Below, in pieces: positions 10,741 to 24,100 of a stretch of 64,000 nt of DNA. The DNA is from Phyllobates terribilis. Lineage: Eukaryota. The stretch covers positions 705,188,001 to 705,252,000 of the forward strand of contig NW_027362764.1 in the NCBI RefSeq assembly GCF_046119375.1, in the 5' to 3' direction. Every line of letters begins with the position of its first letter. Position 1 is the first letter of the stretch. Under the pieces are notes generated by a model, which was not told the DNA's origin, made no database searches, and was given only the letters and a program-made list of their open reading frames with translations. A program made the position numbers and the translations under genes.

Positions 10741-11699
10741 ATGCAGGGAAATGAGTGCAGTGTCAGACTCTTCTGACATCACATTTGACACTCCTTTCAA
10801 ACAAAGTCACAGGAAGTGAAGTAAAAGAATACTCATTTAGAGATTAGCAGGAAAGGGAAAAGCGTAAGGTATTTTATAATAGAGAAAATTGGAAATGTGG
10901 TGACAGATCTGCAATAAGTGATCTACTCTGGGCAGTTTGAATATATATGCAAAATATTGGCATATGGGGAGAGGATAGCAGGATATAGTGTATACTACTT
11001 GGGCAGAAAATCCTAACTGTAAAGCTCTATTATATAATAGCAATATCATGCTTCTCATGCCTATGCAATAAATGTCCTACCAAGAAATAAGTTCCTGTGC
11101 TGCTTGTATGAAGAGCTAAGACATAAGAGTGGTTATTAAATACAGTGTAATGAGAGGTTTTTAATGGGGACAGCATGGCAATTAATTACCTTGTGACAGA
11201 ACATCTTACATATTAGATGCCGTATTCTGTGTCCTTTGAGTCAACGTACTACCACTTAGCACTGTAACCAGAGCATGACTAGATCATTAAATAAGAACAA
11301 TGCAACTCCCAAGAGCTGCTTCCATTCCTTTAGTCATTGATTAGTGCTCGGTGATGGGAGTTATCAGGTTTCCAGACACTCCCACACGAAGAGCCTTTAA
11401 CGGCTGTAAACAAAGTACAATTCTAGAGAAGAAAAAAAAAAGAGCGATTGTAGATGGAGAAAAAAAATATCTTACTTACTGGTGAAATTCAGAATATTAG
11501 AGAGGTGTTCCCATGTCTGGAACTACATTATAAGTGCTATAAACGTGAGCTCTGGATATGCCTTGCCCCATTTTGGTACATATCACTCACAGGAATTCCT
11601 CAAGGAAGAAAAACAGAAACTAGGTCAGTATGGTACCTATAAACATGGATTTAATGTGTGAAATAAAACAGCAACAAAAGAAAGACACATACAGAGTTT

Positions 11700-12114
11700 A
11701 ATATTGTACAGATAGCAATAAAATATGGAAGGTTTTTAAAAATTTTATTTAAAAATTGCATCAAAACAAAAAAATTGTAACAAGAATAAATTAAAAAATA
11801 AGTTAGAAAATCATCTGTAGACAAAGTAAATGTATACACAATATAAAACATTAAACTTACATGACAGTCTAACACTTAAGGAATCTAAATACAAAACAGC
11901 GGCAGTAAGTGCTACCTACAGTTGCAACACACTTCCGGTGTTGTGATACATTTTGCCCTGTTATGCAGCAATCTTTCCAACCACAAACTTTCTTTAATCC
12001 TTACAATAGCCATGTTGATGTGCAAAATAAGCAAACATTGTTAGACAAGATTTAAAAAGGGCATAAAACCGCCCACAAAAACAAACACTGGTATTACAAA
12101 AAAAAAGAAATCTT
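11700..12114 (-). promoter_or_regulatory. FBXO43: FBXO43 3' UTR with CPEs, AU-rich pentamers and poly(A) hexamer
   Basis: Minus strand: TTTTAT 12068-12063 and 11848-11843; TTTTAAAT 12057-12050; TTTTAAT 11796-11790; AATAAA 11749-11744 overlapped by TTTTAAAT. Confidence 0.7.
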
Positions 12115-12363
12115 TTAGAGCCTTTTCAAATTGCGCTTGCTCTGCGCACTTCCAGGGAGTACATCTTTTTTATGGGCTCGCTTCCCTGATCCCGCACTAC
12201 ATTCCTTAGAGCCATGAAAAGCGCACAAGCAAAGGATGCAAAAGTCAAACCCACAGTCTTTTTTGCTGCACTTCCCTCGCTTCTTGAGAGGTTGATACTT
12301 TGCAGGGTACTGGCACTGTGGACATGGTTTCAAAGCTTCATCTGTGAATAAGGTTTTGGCAAT
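12115..12363 (-). CDS. FBXO43: F-box protein 43 (Emi2/XErp1), last coding exon: ZBR domain and RL tail
   Basis: ctgcag|[23 protein letters not shown]...[12 protein letters not shown]; phase 0. Confidence 0.97.
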   Translation of the reverse strand: MAKTLFTDEALKPCPQCQYPAKYQPLKKRGKCSKKDCGFDFCILCLCAFHGSKECSAGSGKRAHKKDVLPGSAQSKRNLKRL

Positions 12364-13019
12364 CTGCAGAAAAAGATAAAAAAATAAATGGCATATCCCT
12401 TAATTTAGACATGAATCACTGACAGCAGGTCATTGGGGAAATGATCATATGTCATTCAAAACTACAAATCGCCCTGCAAAAAAAAATGCAAGCCATCACA
12501 TGGCTAAGATGATGGACAAAAAGTTATTGCTCTTGGAAGCGGGAGTAAAATCCGCGAGCTGCAGGTTGTGTTTCTCTGAAGAAGGACCTATAGTAACATC
12601 AGAGTGCATTCTAGAAGATGACCAGCAAATATTCCAAGCTCCCTAAACCAAGATCAAGCGACAGACGTTCTGTCAGAAACCAGTGGCGAATACAAGTTAG
12701 ATTCTCCAAAGCTAGTTTGCAGACAGGGTTGTTTTTTTTTTTTGTTAACACCACAGCTAAGATTGGAGAAGACCGTCGTTAGTTTTAAGCTGACCACACA
12801 CAGATTAGATGAATTTACAGATCATCTAGTGTGGCTGGGGCATTTCAATAATGCCCCTTGTAAGAGGAATTGGAGGAGCGTGCTTTCATTGTGAAAACTT
12901 ATTGGAAAATAGAGTCCTTAAAGAGGTGCCAAAGTACAGTAAGTTTCTAAAGAAGTTTGGAGGTCAAAATCTGCCATCCAAACAGTATATTGAAGCTTCC
13001 TTAGATGACAGTAATCACC

Positions 13020-13220
13020 AAGGGACTGTGGACACCAAGATCGCCCGATTTACAACAGTCTCATTTTTTCCTTAGGGGCCATTTGAAAGGTCGGGTGTAC
13101 AGTAACAAGCCACGAACATTACATGCACTACGAGAGAAAATACAGTGAGAAATTCAGGCTAAGACCCCAGACGTCCTGCGGAATATGGAACGGAGCATGG
13201 ACATTTTCAACATCTGCTTT
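13020..13220 (+). pseudogene. Tc1/mariner-superfamily transposase fragment
   Basis: Manual translation WTPRSPDL..HFFLRGHLKGRVYSNKPRTLHALREKI, resembling WPPRSPDLTPCDFFLWG. Confidence 0.7.
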
Positions 13221-13489
13221 AACATCAGTTTCTCATGAGTCAAGGCACGTACAGTCCAAATTTCAGTGCGATAGATCGTCTTAGAAGTTACAATTTTTCC
13301 GGGTAAAGTAGCAAGCAAATCACCCTGTACAAAAAGCAATCGTTCACACATAGGTGACAAATTTAAATTGTTGGATGGATAGACATGTTAATGATATGCA
13401 TATGATGAAAAGAAGAGAATTAACTTTTACAAAACATCTCAATTTATTCAGAGTATGAGTGCCACTCACAGAAATGCACGCACTTTCAT

Positions 13490-13960
13490 GCCTTGGCAGC
13501 TATCCACGAGGTTATTAATTTCTCCAAAGTGTCACAAGAGCCGTTTTTTCAACACAACGACAGGTCACATGTTCCTTGTGTTACTGTGAGCAGACTGCAA
13601 GGCCTAAACGCACTACCATGGCCTGCAGCGTCTCCAGACTTTATTATCTGGGACGTTACTACTTGCCAATTGCAAATGAAGCTGCCAGCAGCGGATCTTG
13701 AGGTCTTGCTCAAGTGAATTTAGCATGGCAGAACATTCCTCAGACGACCATTAATAACCTCAGTGATAGCAGCCAATTTGTGTAAGTGTGGGGATTTCTG
13801 CATTTGGCGTTCATACTTGATACTGAATAAATGAAGAGGTTTTGAAAAGGTTTATACTTTTTTCATAATTTGCATATCACTAACATGTCTATACATTCTG
13901 TGATTTGCATAGTTCCATGACTTTTACTCCTTGGTGTTGCACTTTCAATATCGTGGAATA
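13490..13960 (+). pseudogene. Tc1 3' fragment (end of transposase and right TIR)
   Basis: FQHNDRSHV...LNALPWPAASPD..WD; WQNIPQTTINNL. Confidence 0.75.
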
Positions 13961-14058
13961 TATATATATCTATTTTACATGCATAGTACATACACCATGT
14001 GTACCAACCAGCACTTTTTCGCCTTTCATCCACACCAATGGAAAATAGATCCACTGAC

Positions 14059-14244
14059 CTTAATATATTCTTGTTGTTTGCTTGCAGACTGAGGAATGGG
14101 AGCAGCATTTTTTGGTGTGAAAATCCCACATGAAATTGGGGTGTGAAATACTGATCCGGCTTGTGCTTGAACTGATTTCAGAGCGGATCTGTTAAGGAGA
14201 TTTAATCTGGTTCCAGAATCTTCAGTTGAGAAAATCCATCCTTG
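14059..14244 (-). CDS. FBXO43: FBXO43 coding exon (D-box RSAL; two TP Cdk sites)
   Basis: cctag|QGWIFSTEDSGTRLNLLNRSALKSVQAQAGSVFHTPISCGIFTPKNAAPIPQSASKQQEYIK|gtcagt; 186 nt. Confidence 0.95.
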
Positions 14245-14409
14245 CTAGGAAAGTTAAGAACAATTAAAAAGGAGATGAGTGGTTTGGACTATGTTGTATT
14301 TATAGCACCTTTCCACCATATTTAGTGAATATAGTAACAGCCCACCAAAAAAAAAAAAAACAACTGAACATCTGCAGGGGTGAAGAGATTACCTTTACCA
14401 CTATCTTAA

Positions 14410-14777
14410 AGAAGTTGTCCACTACTTTCACATTGATGCCCTATCCATACGGTATGATCGGCCGGGGTCCTGCACGTGGCACCCCCGCCGGTCAGCTGGT
14501 ATTGGTGGCGGCAGCCGCAAGTGCTCACCTGCGGGGCTCCGCCGTCAAGTGGTAGTGGCCGCCGCCGTGTACTGGACATCTGCCTCCCATTGAATTGAAT
14601 AGGAGGCGGATGTGCAGTACACCACGGCGGCCACTACCACTTGACAGCGGAGCCCCGCAGGTGAGCACTTCCGGCTAGCGGCCGCCGATTAAGACTGATC
14701 AGCGGGGGTGCCGCGTGCGGGACCCCGGCCGATCATACATTGATAGGGCATCAATGTAAAAGTAGTGGACAACCCCT
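14410..14777. mobile_element. T2/Kolobok MITE (related copy at 42952-43219)
   Basis: TTAA at 14406-14409 and 14778-14781; GTTGTCCACTACT inverted termini. Confidence 0.85.
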
Positions 14778-15631
14778 TTAAGTAAATGAGCCCAGATAAT
14801 TATGAAGATGTGTGGCTCTACTTATGTGGGCATCTTTAAACATAAGTGAACATATATATAAGTGAATATATATAGATATTTTTCTTAAATGAGAGTGTGA
14901 TACAATGATATGTGTGTGTGTATATGTATATAGCTACACCTATTCCGACTCGATGGATCGCACTGGGGGGTGGGGGGGTGGTATGTGTGCGAGTTGGAAG
15001 TTGCTTACAATGCAAGTCCATGGAGCTTCGTGCTGTCGCTCCATAGACTTACATTGTATAAGCCACTTCCACCTCAAACAGAGGCGAGTGTGAGCCAGCC
15101 AGCGAGTCAGAATAGAAATCACGAGAAGAGGACTGGATAAGAGTGGGAAAGACTGATATTCACGCACACACACACATAGGTTTAGCTAATAAACGATTGG
15201 GAGTGCTTCTTTACGATGCAATTCCACTGTGAGAACGGGGTAGGGGAGCACAGAGGCTCAGAAAGGGAAAGTCCCATACACCCAATATTTAAATATAGGG
15301 TTTGGTTTCTTGCTAAACAGGAGGTGAAAACACCATCTAAAAGGAGCAGAAAATGGGTAGTGAAACAACACAGCAGCATAGCTTCTGGGAGCCTGGTTTT
15401 GATGAGGGGGCATGGTGGAGTCAGAGATGCCCGATTAATTTTTCTGGCGTAAAATTCGTTGCATGAGGTAGGGCACAACTAGTCATGAATTACACCATGT
15501 CCTGTCCCCTCTACAGCTCCACCCATTTTGGCGAAGTCAGACAAAACTGGTGTGAAACCAGAAAAAGTTGTTACATTTCAAAGTGTTTTATGCCAGTTTT
15601 CTAAAGATTAGGTGGGTAAAGTACTCATTAC

Positions 15632-15734
15632 CTCAGTTTCAACTTTGACCTTCTTCAGGAATGATATTCTTCTTTGATAAGCATCTTTATCTTGAATTAT
15701 TATTTCACGCCATTCCTTACTAACTTTCCAAATG
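15632..15734 (-). CDS. FBXO43: FBXO43 coding exon (end of F-box)
   Basis: atcag|C IWKVSKEWREIIIQDKDAYQRRISFLKKVKVETE|gtaatg; 103 nt; phase fits both neighbours. Confidence 0.95.
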
Positions 15735-16085
15735 CTGATAAAAAAATATATATATTTACTGTACATGTTTAATATACATAACAAGAATCTAAATATAAAA
15801 CTGTAAGTTGTTTATTCGGGTGAATGGACTTCCAAGAGCATGCAGAAATTGTAATCCAAACATTAAAAATTCAACTGAAAACATCTATACACCACTCAAA
15901 AGGTCATCAGTTAGGATTGGCATTGTACGTAATGGATAACACAATGACATGACCAACAAACACTACTAAGACAATTTATTTTTTCCTGTAGTCTGGCAGT
16001 GTAGTCATGTTGGCTACATGGTAAGATGGGGGCACAACACAAAACCCTCCAATAATGAAAGAATATGAAGGATTGTAGGGGTTAA

Positions 16086-16749
16086 AGGTGATCTCTTACC
16101 ACATTTGAGCAATCTAACCCATTATGTTGCTAGGAATATTAATACGCTGCCCAGAAGATAACTCTGCCTTCGCACTTCATTATCCTATGTATCACCTCCC
16201 AACGCGTCACTCTGTCCCTGTGACGTCGGGTGCTCATCCAGAAATCTCACGCATGTGCATTCCCACCTCCCGACATTGCTCCTATGGGAATGGGCTTCAC
16301 GTTCCTTCTGCACATGAGCAGACGGGTCACTGGTACTCGTGTAGTGCTAGGTTTCCGCGCGACAGAGAACGTTTGGAGTGGAAGTACCAGTGGCTCGCTG
16401 CTGGCTCCTGCACAGAATGAAAGTGAAACCTACGCCCATAAGGGAGTGGAATGCCGGGAGATGGAATGTGCAGGCGCGAGATTTCCGGATGAGCACCCAA
16501 AGTCACATGGACAGAGTGACGCTGTGGGAGGTGATACATAGGAGAATAAAGTGCAGAGGCAGAGTTATCATCTCGGCAGAATCCTCCCCATAGCCTGGAA
16601 TAACTCATTTACATAAATCAGATAAAAGCGGTTTCCTCACCAACACATCTGGTATGAAGGATACAGGAAGGACTTTTTCAGCAGTCTGTAACCTGTATGC
16701 CCATATTAATAGGTTACATTAGATAGCTCAAATGTGGCGATAGATTCCC
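16086..16749. mobile_element. T2/Kolobok-type MITE
   Basis: TTAA|AGG...ATTCCC|TTAA; inverted arms about 16165-16270 and 16455-16570. Confidence 0.7.
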
Positions 16750-17215
16750 TTAAAGAAAGTGCTCCAGACTTATGAGTCATTCTTCTCACTGTCATTATCC
16801 TGGTTCCTGCCCATCCCCTTACCCCCTCCTTCTCTTCCAGGGAATGGAACAGTCCCCTAACCAATAGTATGGTTGCCCGCCCTTGGGCTATATAAAAGGA
16901 TGTTTAAGGTTATGTGCATATGTTCGGTATTTGCAACAGAATAGTCTGCTACAAAAATACTGATGTGTTGGCAGGAAAAACGCAGTATAAAATACATGCC
17001 TTTTGAAGCATTTTACCCATTCATTAGTATGGGTGAAATCTGCAGCAAAAATGCTGAAACAATCGAAATGCTGCAGATTTAAATCTGCAAGGAAAAAATA
17101 AGCAACGTGTGTAGGAGACTTCATTAGTCTTATTCACTTTGCTAGTACTAGGAAATTCTTCAGGTTTTGTGAAAAAAAAAATTAGACAAAATCATAATGT
17201 GTGCACAGATCCTTA

Positions 17216-18066
17216 GGGTATGTGCGCACGATGCAGAAATGAAGCAGAAAATTTCTGCATCATTTCTGCATCTCCCTGGCAGAAAAAACGCATGCAGATT
17301 GTGCATGCGTTTTTCCTGCGGATTCACATGCGTTTCCGCATGTGGATTGACAAGCGCTTTCCAGGCGATTTTAGCATCACCTGGAAAGTGCTTGACAACT
17401 AGGTCACACTATATAAATCCATGCAAACAGCATGGATTTATATAGTGTGACCAGAGAATGGTAAAAATAAAAAATACATGTATACTTTACCCTCCGATGG
17501 CCCCCGGTGTCCCGCTCAATCCGTTCTCCCAGCTGCCGGCAACTTTGAATTGAAAGACCTGTTGACGTCAGCGTCACGTGACCCGTCACATGACTGACGT
17601 CAGCGCAGGTCCTTCAACTCCCTGCAAGTGCCGGGAACCAAGCAGGAGCGCTGCGCGGGCCGACAGATGGTAAGTATATATATATATATCTTTTATTTTA
17701 TTCTTGTTTTACAGCTTTTTCAATGGTACCTGGGTGCGGATGAGACTCTCCTCTCCTCTATACCCGGGTACCATCCGCACATTAGAACGCGCCAATAACG
17801 CAAGTACAGATGCAGTCTTGAGGAATTGGCGCGTTCTAATGCAAGTCAATGGCGGCGAAAACGCCGCGTTTACGCAAAATTAATTGACATGCTGCGGATT
17901 TTTGAGCGCAGCGTTTACGCTGCGGAAAAATCCGCATCATGGGCACAGCACATGCAGATTTCAATTGGGGAACATTGCTTCCCTTCTACCATGCGTTTTT
18001 CATGCGTTTCCGCAACTGCAAAAACGTCGCGGAAACGCATTAAATACGCATCGTGTGAACTCAGCC
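17216..18066 (+). mobile_element. PIF/Harbinger-like MITE, family A, full length
   Basis: TTA on both sides; GGGTATGTGCGCACGATGC vs GCATCGTGTGAACTCAGCC termini; strong similarity to 44761-45610. Confidence 0.8.
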
Positions 18067-18528
18067 TTAGGTTTCCACTTCCTTCAGCAGCCTGGGTCCT
18101 AATAGTTAGTCTGAGTTGACTGGTAAAAGCCATGGATCAGCTCTGCTCCCAATACTAATGAGGATTTGGTGCAATTACAGTGAAGCCAGTGCTCTACGAG
18201 GCAAATACGCCTTCCCAGCAAGCCAAATCCGAGCGTTTCTTCTCGCTCCTGTGAGGCCTCACTGACATAAATTGGATACTAAGTGTATCTATTTGTAAGA
18301 AAATATTCAAGTACAGTGGTAAAGAGTGCAAAACACTAATGTAGTGTCATCAAGTGTTCATGATGAATCAGGTCTTCAGTCCTTGCAAAAGACTTCTCCA
18401 CTCAAACCTTCACCGTGAGTAGAGGTACAATGAATTTTGCACTAATTAGGGGCCCATTTTTTTCAGAATTTAGATAATTACTTTAGTACCAATTGCACGC
18501 AAAATTAATGAAAATCAGCCCCATTTAC

Positions 18529-20012
18529 CTGCATATACTTTCCACGTTCAAAAGTTTAAATATAAATGCTATTATATGCTTCAAATTTCTGTATTTCAAC
18601 TCTGATAAAATATCTATAGTTTCCAAACCCATTTTCCGGCCAATGAGTCTTGTCAGTTCATCTTCAGATCCATCTGAATAATCCAGGCTGCCCAAAAGTT
18701 CCTGTACGGTGGCCTGTTGAGCCCTTTTCCGGGTGCTTCTTACTAGCATATCACGAACTACCCGCAAGGCAGGCGTGCCGGTTAAATCCTCAACCTTTAG
18801 GAGAGAACTATTTGCGCTATCGTCAAAACTGAATTCACTTTCCTCAGTTACAGAGTTCCTTGACAATTTTGACTTGTACGATGAACTCAAGATGCGAATT
18901 TCCTTACTTTCATCCTCGACTTCTGACTGAGATCCTCGTTCACGCAGGGTTGATAATCTCCTGCATCGATCTAGTTTCCGCAGCCGAATTTTATTCTGAG
19001 TAGATTTAGGGCCTTCTTTTTGCTTCTGAATAAGTTCCTGAAAAGAGCCTTCATGATCGCTTATAGAGTCTTGCGATTTGTCTGGGCTGAGTGAATGAAA
19101 AGCGCTGTCCTCAGTTATCGAATTTTCAAGATCCGTTACTGGCGTACAAGTTGGGGTACATAAATTAAATTGAAAACTGGCAGCAAGGTTACTAATGGGA
19201 GTCTGAAATGCTTCTTTGGCATCTGAAATTAGGATGCGTGAAGGTGTGACATGCAATTCCGTAATGTTTCCTTCATCATTGCTCAGAATGCTATCGTCCG
19301 GCGATTCTGTGGAGTGACGGACTGGAGACAGGTTTTCAACCTCTGGAAAAGCAAGAGCGTCACCTTTACATTCATCTATGGTAGAACTCCTCTGCTGGGC
19401 AAAAGACAGTCTCCACTTTTTACATGACATGCTAGAATCACTTTCTGTTTTTAAAGTGCTTGTTGCTATTGGTTTGTAGGCCACATCTCTTGGGGAGATG
19501 TGGTTGTAAAGGACTGCCTCGAAACTAGGAACTCTTTGAAATGTTGTCTCTCTTCCCAATATTTCAGCTGAACTGTTTGATGCTTCAAAATCCAAGTTTC
19601 CACCAGATGTCGCCTTAGAAAGAAGGAGTCTGCGTCTCAAGGAGAAGTCTTTTTTAGCAGCTTTTGGAGTTTCATATATTTCTGTAGCCTGACTACTGTT
19701 CTTTGAGCGTGCTCCAGGCTCCAGAAAGATTTTACGTATCGGAGAGCATCCCAAAGTAGGATCTACGTTTTCAGAGTTTTCCAAGTCTTGTGATGGTGTT
19801 CCACTTTCTAATGAATCACTGCTTCTTTCTCCAGAGTCTGAGCTGAATGCCTTTAGAGATTCATTGTACCCACTATCTTGAGATAAATACATGAGGCGGT
19901 TTCTGTAGTCAACATGCTTCTTTGAACCTGCTACATAACTTGCTTGATTCACAGCAGGACTGTCTAAAATGGATCTTTTGTATGCCATTTCTGATTTCTT
20001 TCTTCTGTAAGC
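18529..20012 (-). CDS. FBXO43: FBXO43 large exon 2; ATG at 19988
   Basis: tttacag acceptor at 20013, AG|gtaaat donor at 18528; DSGYNES and DSAFHS degrons, RLSFAQQRSST (CaMKII), RRLSTLRERGSQS (Rsk/PP2A), start of F-box; spliced CDS from 19988 is 1998 nt = 665 aa. Confidence 0.96.
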
Positions 20013-20265
20013 CTGTAAAATAGGTTTGACCAATATTACATTTGTTGTAAAAGATGGCAATTATAGAAAAAAAAAGGTAAAGATTTCTGTTATCTACTTA
20101 TATTGCTCAAGTATAAGCTGCATCACTGCACAAAGACTTCTGAATAGAAGTTCTGCCTAAGAAAATATAATGGCAGACACTAACGGACACCACTCACTCA
20201 GACTTTTTACCACTGAAAGGACATGAATGGGAACTTCATGAGGAATTACAATGGAACACATACTT

Positions 20266-21102
20266 GGGCGCCTTTCAGACATCAGTGTTTTGAGTAAGTG
20301 AGGTGTCCGTTTCCACATGTACTGGAGAAACTAACACATGTAGCCCCATTCAAATGAATGGGTCTGCGCACATCAGTGTGTTTCCACTGATCGTGGGCAA
20401 AACACGCTGACATGTCAGTCTTTCTTGCCGCGCAGGCTGCAAAACGTCCCGCACACGTGCACAGTGATGACACATGGATGACATCCATGTGACACATACT
20501 CGCGCCTGGGAATCAGCGGTACAGTTAGTGCTGTTCCCAAGCGCCGGGTGTTACAGGCATCTGTCATCATTGTCCCCTGCTTGAGCTGCGATTACTGTGT
20601 CCTGGTGTAAAAATAAGAACAAAATCAGAAAACCATTATACTCACCTGTCCAAAGATGTCCCCCACTGTAACCCATCTGACCGCTCAAGCCAATGAGAAG
20701 GACTCGCTGCAGCGAGCAGGTCCCTGACCTGTGCTGAGCTCGGTGAGTGACAGGACACCGCTCGCTGCAGCGAGTCAGTCATTCTCCCCGGCGTGAGCGG
20801 TCAGATGGGTTACAGCGGAGGACATCTTCAGACAGGTGAGTAAATTTTTTTTTTTATTATTATTATTATTTTTACAACAGGACACAGTGAGAGCAGACTA
20901 CTACTCTCAACATTGTCCCCTGCTGGTGCTGATCGCAGCGCCAGCAGTGGACAATGATGAGGGCAGCGTTCAGTGCCCGGCACTTGGGAACAGCGCCAAC
21001 TGTACAGCTGATTCCCAAGCGCCGGTACGTGTGATCCTGATGAGGCACACGGACATCTGTTTTTTTCCAGTATCGGAAATGTCCTTACATCTGAAAGAGG
21101 TC
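20266..21102. mobile_element. Palindromic Harbinger-like MITE with GC-rich core (related sequence about 21650-22370)
   Basis: CCTTTCAGAC / ATCTGAAAGAGG termini; inverted arms around core 20646-20835. Confidence 0.6.
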
Positions 21103-24100
21103 TTAAACTGTTTTTACAAATTGCTGCTCTCAAATGAGGCATCAAAAACCTGGTGACAGATTCCATTTAAGGACACATACTCATATGTGAGAAATGAAGA
21201 AAAATAAATCTAGAACTAGTGTATATTAAAAAGTTATACAAATTTCTAATGAATGGATTTATAAACAATGAATGGGACCATATTTTTTTTTTTTTTAGTC
21301 CCAATTCTGGCCATCTATTACTTTTTACAAAATATTTTGTATTACACGTGGACTGTGGCTGTTTATAGAAAGTTGAAATATGCAACATAAATTGACATGC
21401 TGTGGCTTTCAAATACGTACCATGTATCAATAGCGTGCATATTTTTTCGATGTTGTTTGGAAGAGATTTGATAAAATGATCAAAAAACGTGCCACATTGG
21501 TGATAATTGTCTGATTGCTCAGAGCAACGCCATTGAGATCTCCATATTTTATAATAGGGATCAGTGTCCCACATGTGAAAGTAGGAGTGGCTGGGCACAC
21601 ACGTTTTAGCTCAGATAAACTCTATAAGACTCAGTTAGAAGCTCTTTGATTGAGAGAGACAATCAGTCCATAGACTATGAAGAGCAGCTGCACACATGCC
21701 CAACCACTGCTCCAGAGGCACGCTGCAGCGAGCGGGCCCCTGAGCTCAGCTCACTGAGCAGTGTCCTGTCACTCAGTGAGCTCAGTGTCAGGGGTCTGAT
21801 CCTCAAGCCACCACTCACACTGATGTGACAGAAATGCCGGTCAGATGGATTACAGAGTGGGACAGTTATTTAATCTTCGGACAAATGAGTTTAATGATTT
21901 TTTTATTTTATTCTTATTTTTACACTTGGAGACAGCGGGAGAAGAATACTACTCAACATTGTCACTTGCTCATGCTGATCGCAGTGCAAGCAGGGGACAA
22001 TGATGAGACTTGCCTCCTGCACTTGGGAATAGCGCTAACTGTACCGCTGATTTCTAAGCGCCAGTACGTGTCACACCGATGACATCCATGTGTCAGTGTG
22101 AAAGTGTGTGGGACGTTTTGCAGCCGTGCTGCATGTAGAAAACGGACATGTCAACGTGTTTTGCACATGGACACACGGTCCGTGGAAACAGACTGACATG
22201 TGCACAGACCCATTCATTTGAATGGGTCTATGTGTAAGTGTCTCCAGTAAGTGTGAAAACTGGCACCACATGTACTGGTTACACAGATTTGTGAATGAGG
22301 TGCACATAAACTGACGTGCGAATACATCCTTGGAATCGGGGTCTCTTTTTCTACAATATGCTACTCTCAGATGAGGTAGCAAAAACCTGGTGACAGATTC
22401 CATTTAAGGGCACATACTCATGTGAGAAAAAAAAAAAAAGTTCTGATTTCTGGACTTAAAAAACAGACGAGTGCAATGCGATTTTCTCACCTAGCATCCA
22501 TATGCAATGCGATTTTAACATGGGCCTTTATATTGGGGAATTGTCTAGGTCATTTACAGTTTCCTATGACAATATTCTACACTACATATATAAATATGTA
22601 TATATCTATCTATACACCGATTGATCGATAAATACACAAAATGAGATTATAATATATATTTTACACACAGATATAAATAGGTGAAATTTATTTTCTGTAT
22701 TTTATTGGTTAAAGATTGTATAAATAAACGGCGTGGGGTCCCCCGTAATTTTATTCTCTAGCAAGAGGTTAAGCAGACAGCTTGGGAAGATGTTGTTTTT
22801 AGCTTGGGAAGGGGGTAATACACATGGATCTTCCCAGGCCCCTAATATCAGCCCCCAGCTGAATACTTAGCCTCTACTGGCTATTAAAATGGGGGACACG
22901 CCCCCCCCCCCCCCAAAAAAAAAAAAAATTGATGTGGAGTCCCCCTATTTTAACAGCTCGCAAAGGCTATGCAGACAGCTGGGGGCTCATATTAATAGCC
23001 TAGGAAGGGGCCATGAATATTGGTCCTCTCCCAGGCTAGAAACACCAGCCCTAAGCCGCCCCAGAAATGGCGCATCCATAGGATGCGCCAATTCTGGCCC
23101 TTGGCCTCGCTCTGCCCATTGTCCTGTGGTGGTGGCAAGTGGGGTAATAGGGCTGGGGTTGATGTCAGCTTATAATGCCAGCTGACATCAAGCCCAGGTT
23201 AGTAATGGAGAGGCGTCTATAAGACGCCCCCATTACTAACCCCATAGTGAATGTGAACTATAAACACCCACACAGAGAATAAAATATTTTATTTGAAATA
23301 AACACACAGACTCCTCTAAATATTCTAAATTAAACCCTATTTACCATTACTCCCAATCTGAATCCATTGTCCCCTGCGGTTCTGAAAGACGCGCCGCATG
23401 TCAGTGTCCACGGGTGATCCGCAGCCTCAGATGCACGCATAGTGGACATGGGATTTCTAGAAATGCAATCCACTATGCTGTAACATCTGGACGCTGCGGG
23501 TTTGACGCTGCATAAGCATGCAGCGGCTCCTGATCATGGCCACGTACCCAAACTCACCCGCAGCATGTCAATTTCTGTAGCAGACACGCTAGTCTCCGCT
23601 ACAGATTTTGACGGATTGAAGTGTCATTATATGCGGTCGATTCACATGTACCGACAACAAAAGTGCGGCATCAGAACACCGCGTTTTGGACGCATCAAAA
23701 ATACGCTGCGTCCAAAGTGCTGCTTCTTGATGTTCGTGGGGACGTAGCGGCTAACCAAACAGCTGTGAGCTGCAGCTCACAGTTGCCCCAGAAATTACAT
23801 GAAAGGAAATGCTAATGAAGATTGGGTTTATTGGATTAGCGGACACCTAGCTCTTTTGTTTGATGATGACAAGGTGTAAATCAGACCCTTTCATCACCAA
23901 ACCTAATTAAAGTAAAGTGAATAGTTAAACACACAGAGCAAACACTTTATTTGAAATACAACAGACACATTCTTAAAATTAACCAATATACTCACCCCAG
24001 TTCTGAAGGTAATTCAAGGGTTAAAGCATGTTCTTTTTCAAATAACTTTATTTAGCTCCAAAAAGAATTCATTAGGCTATGTTCAGACTCGTGTTTTGCT

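Noticed and set aside
283-11600. Exons of RGS22, expected left of FBXO43 from human synteny
   Set aside because: The candidate minus-strand segments I translated (330-470, 9690-9885) showed no RGS22-like peptide; a TBLASTN search would be decisive
19989-20060. N-terminal extension MPSFTTNVILVKPILQ of the 511-aa ORF
   Set aside because: Starts at a non-ATG codon upstream of a good acceptor (tttacag, 20013), so it is intronic; the first ATG in the exon is at 19988
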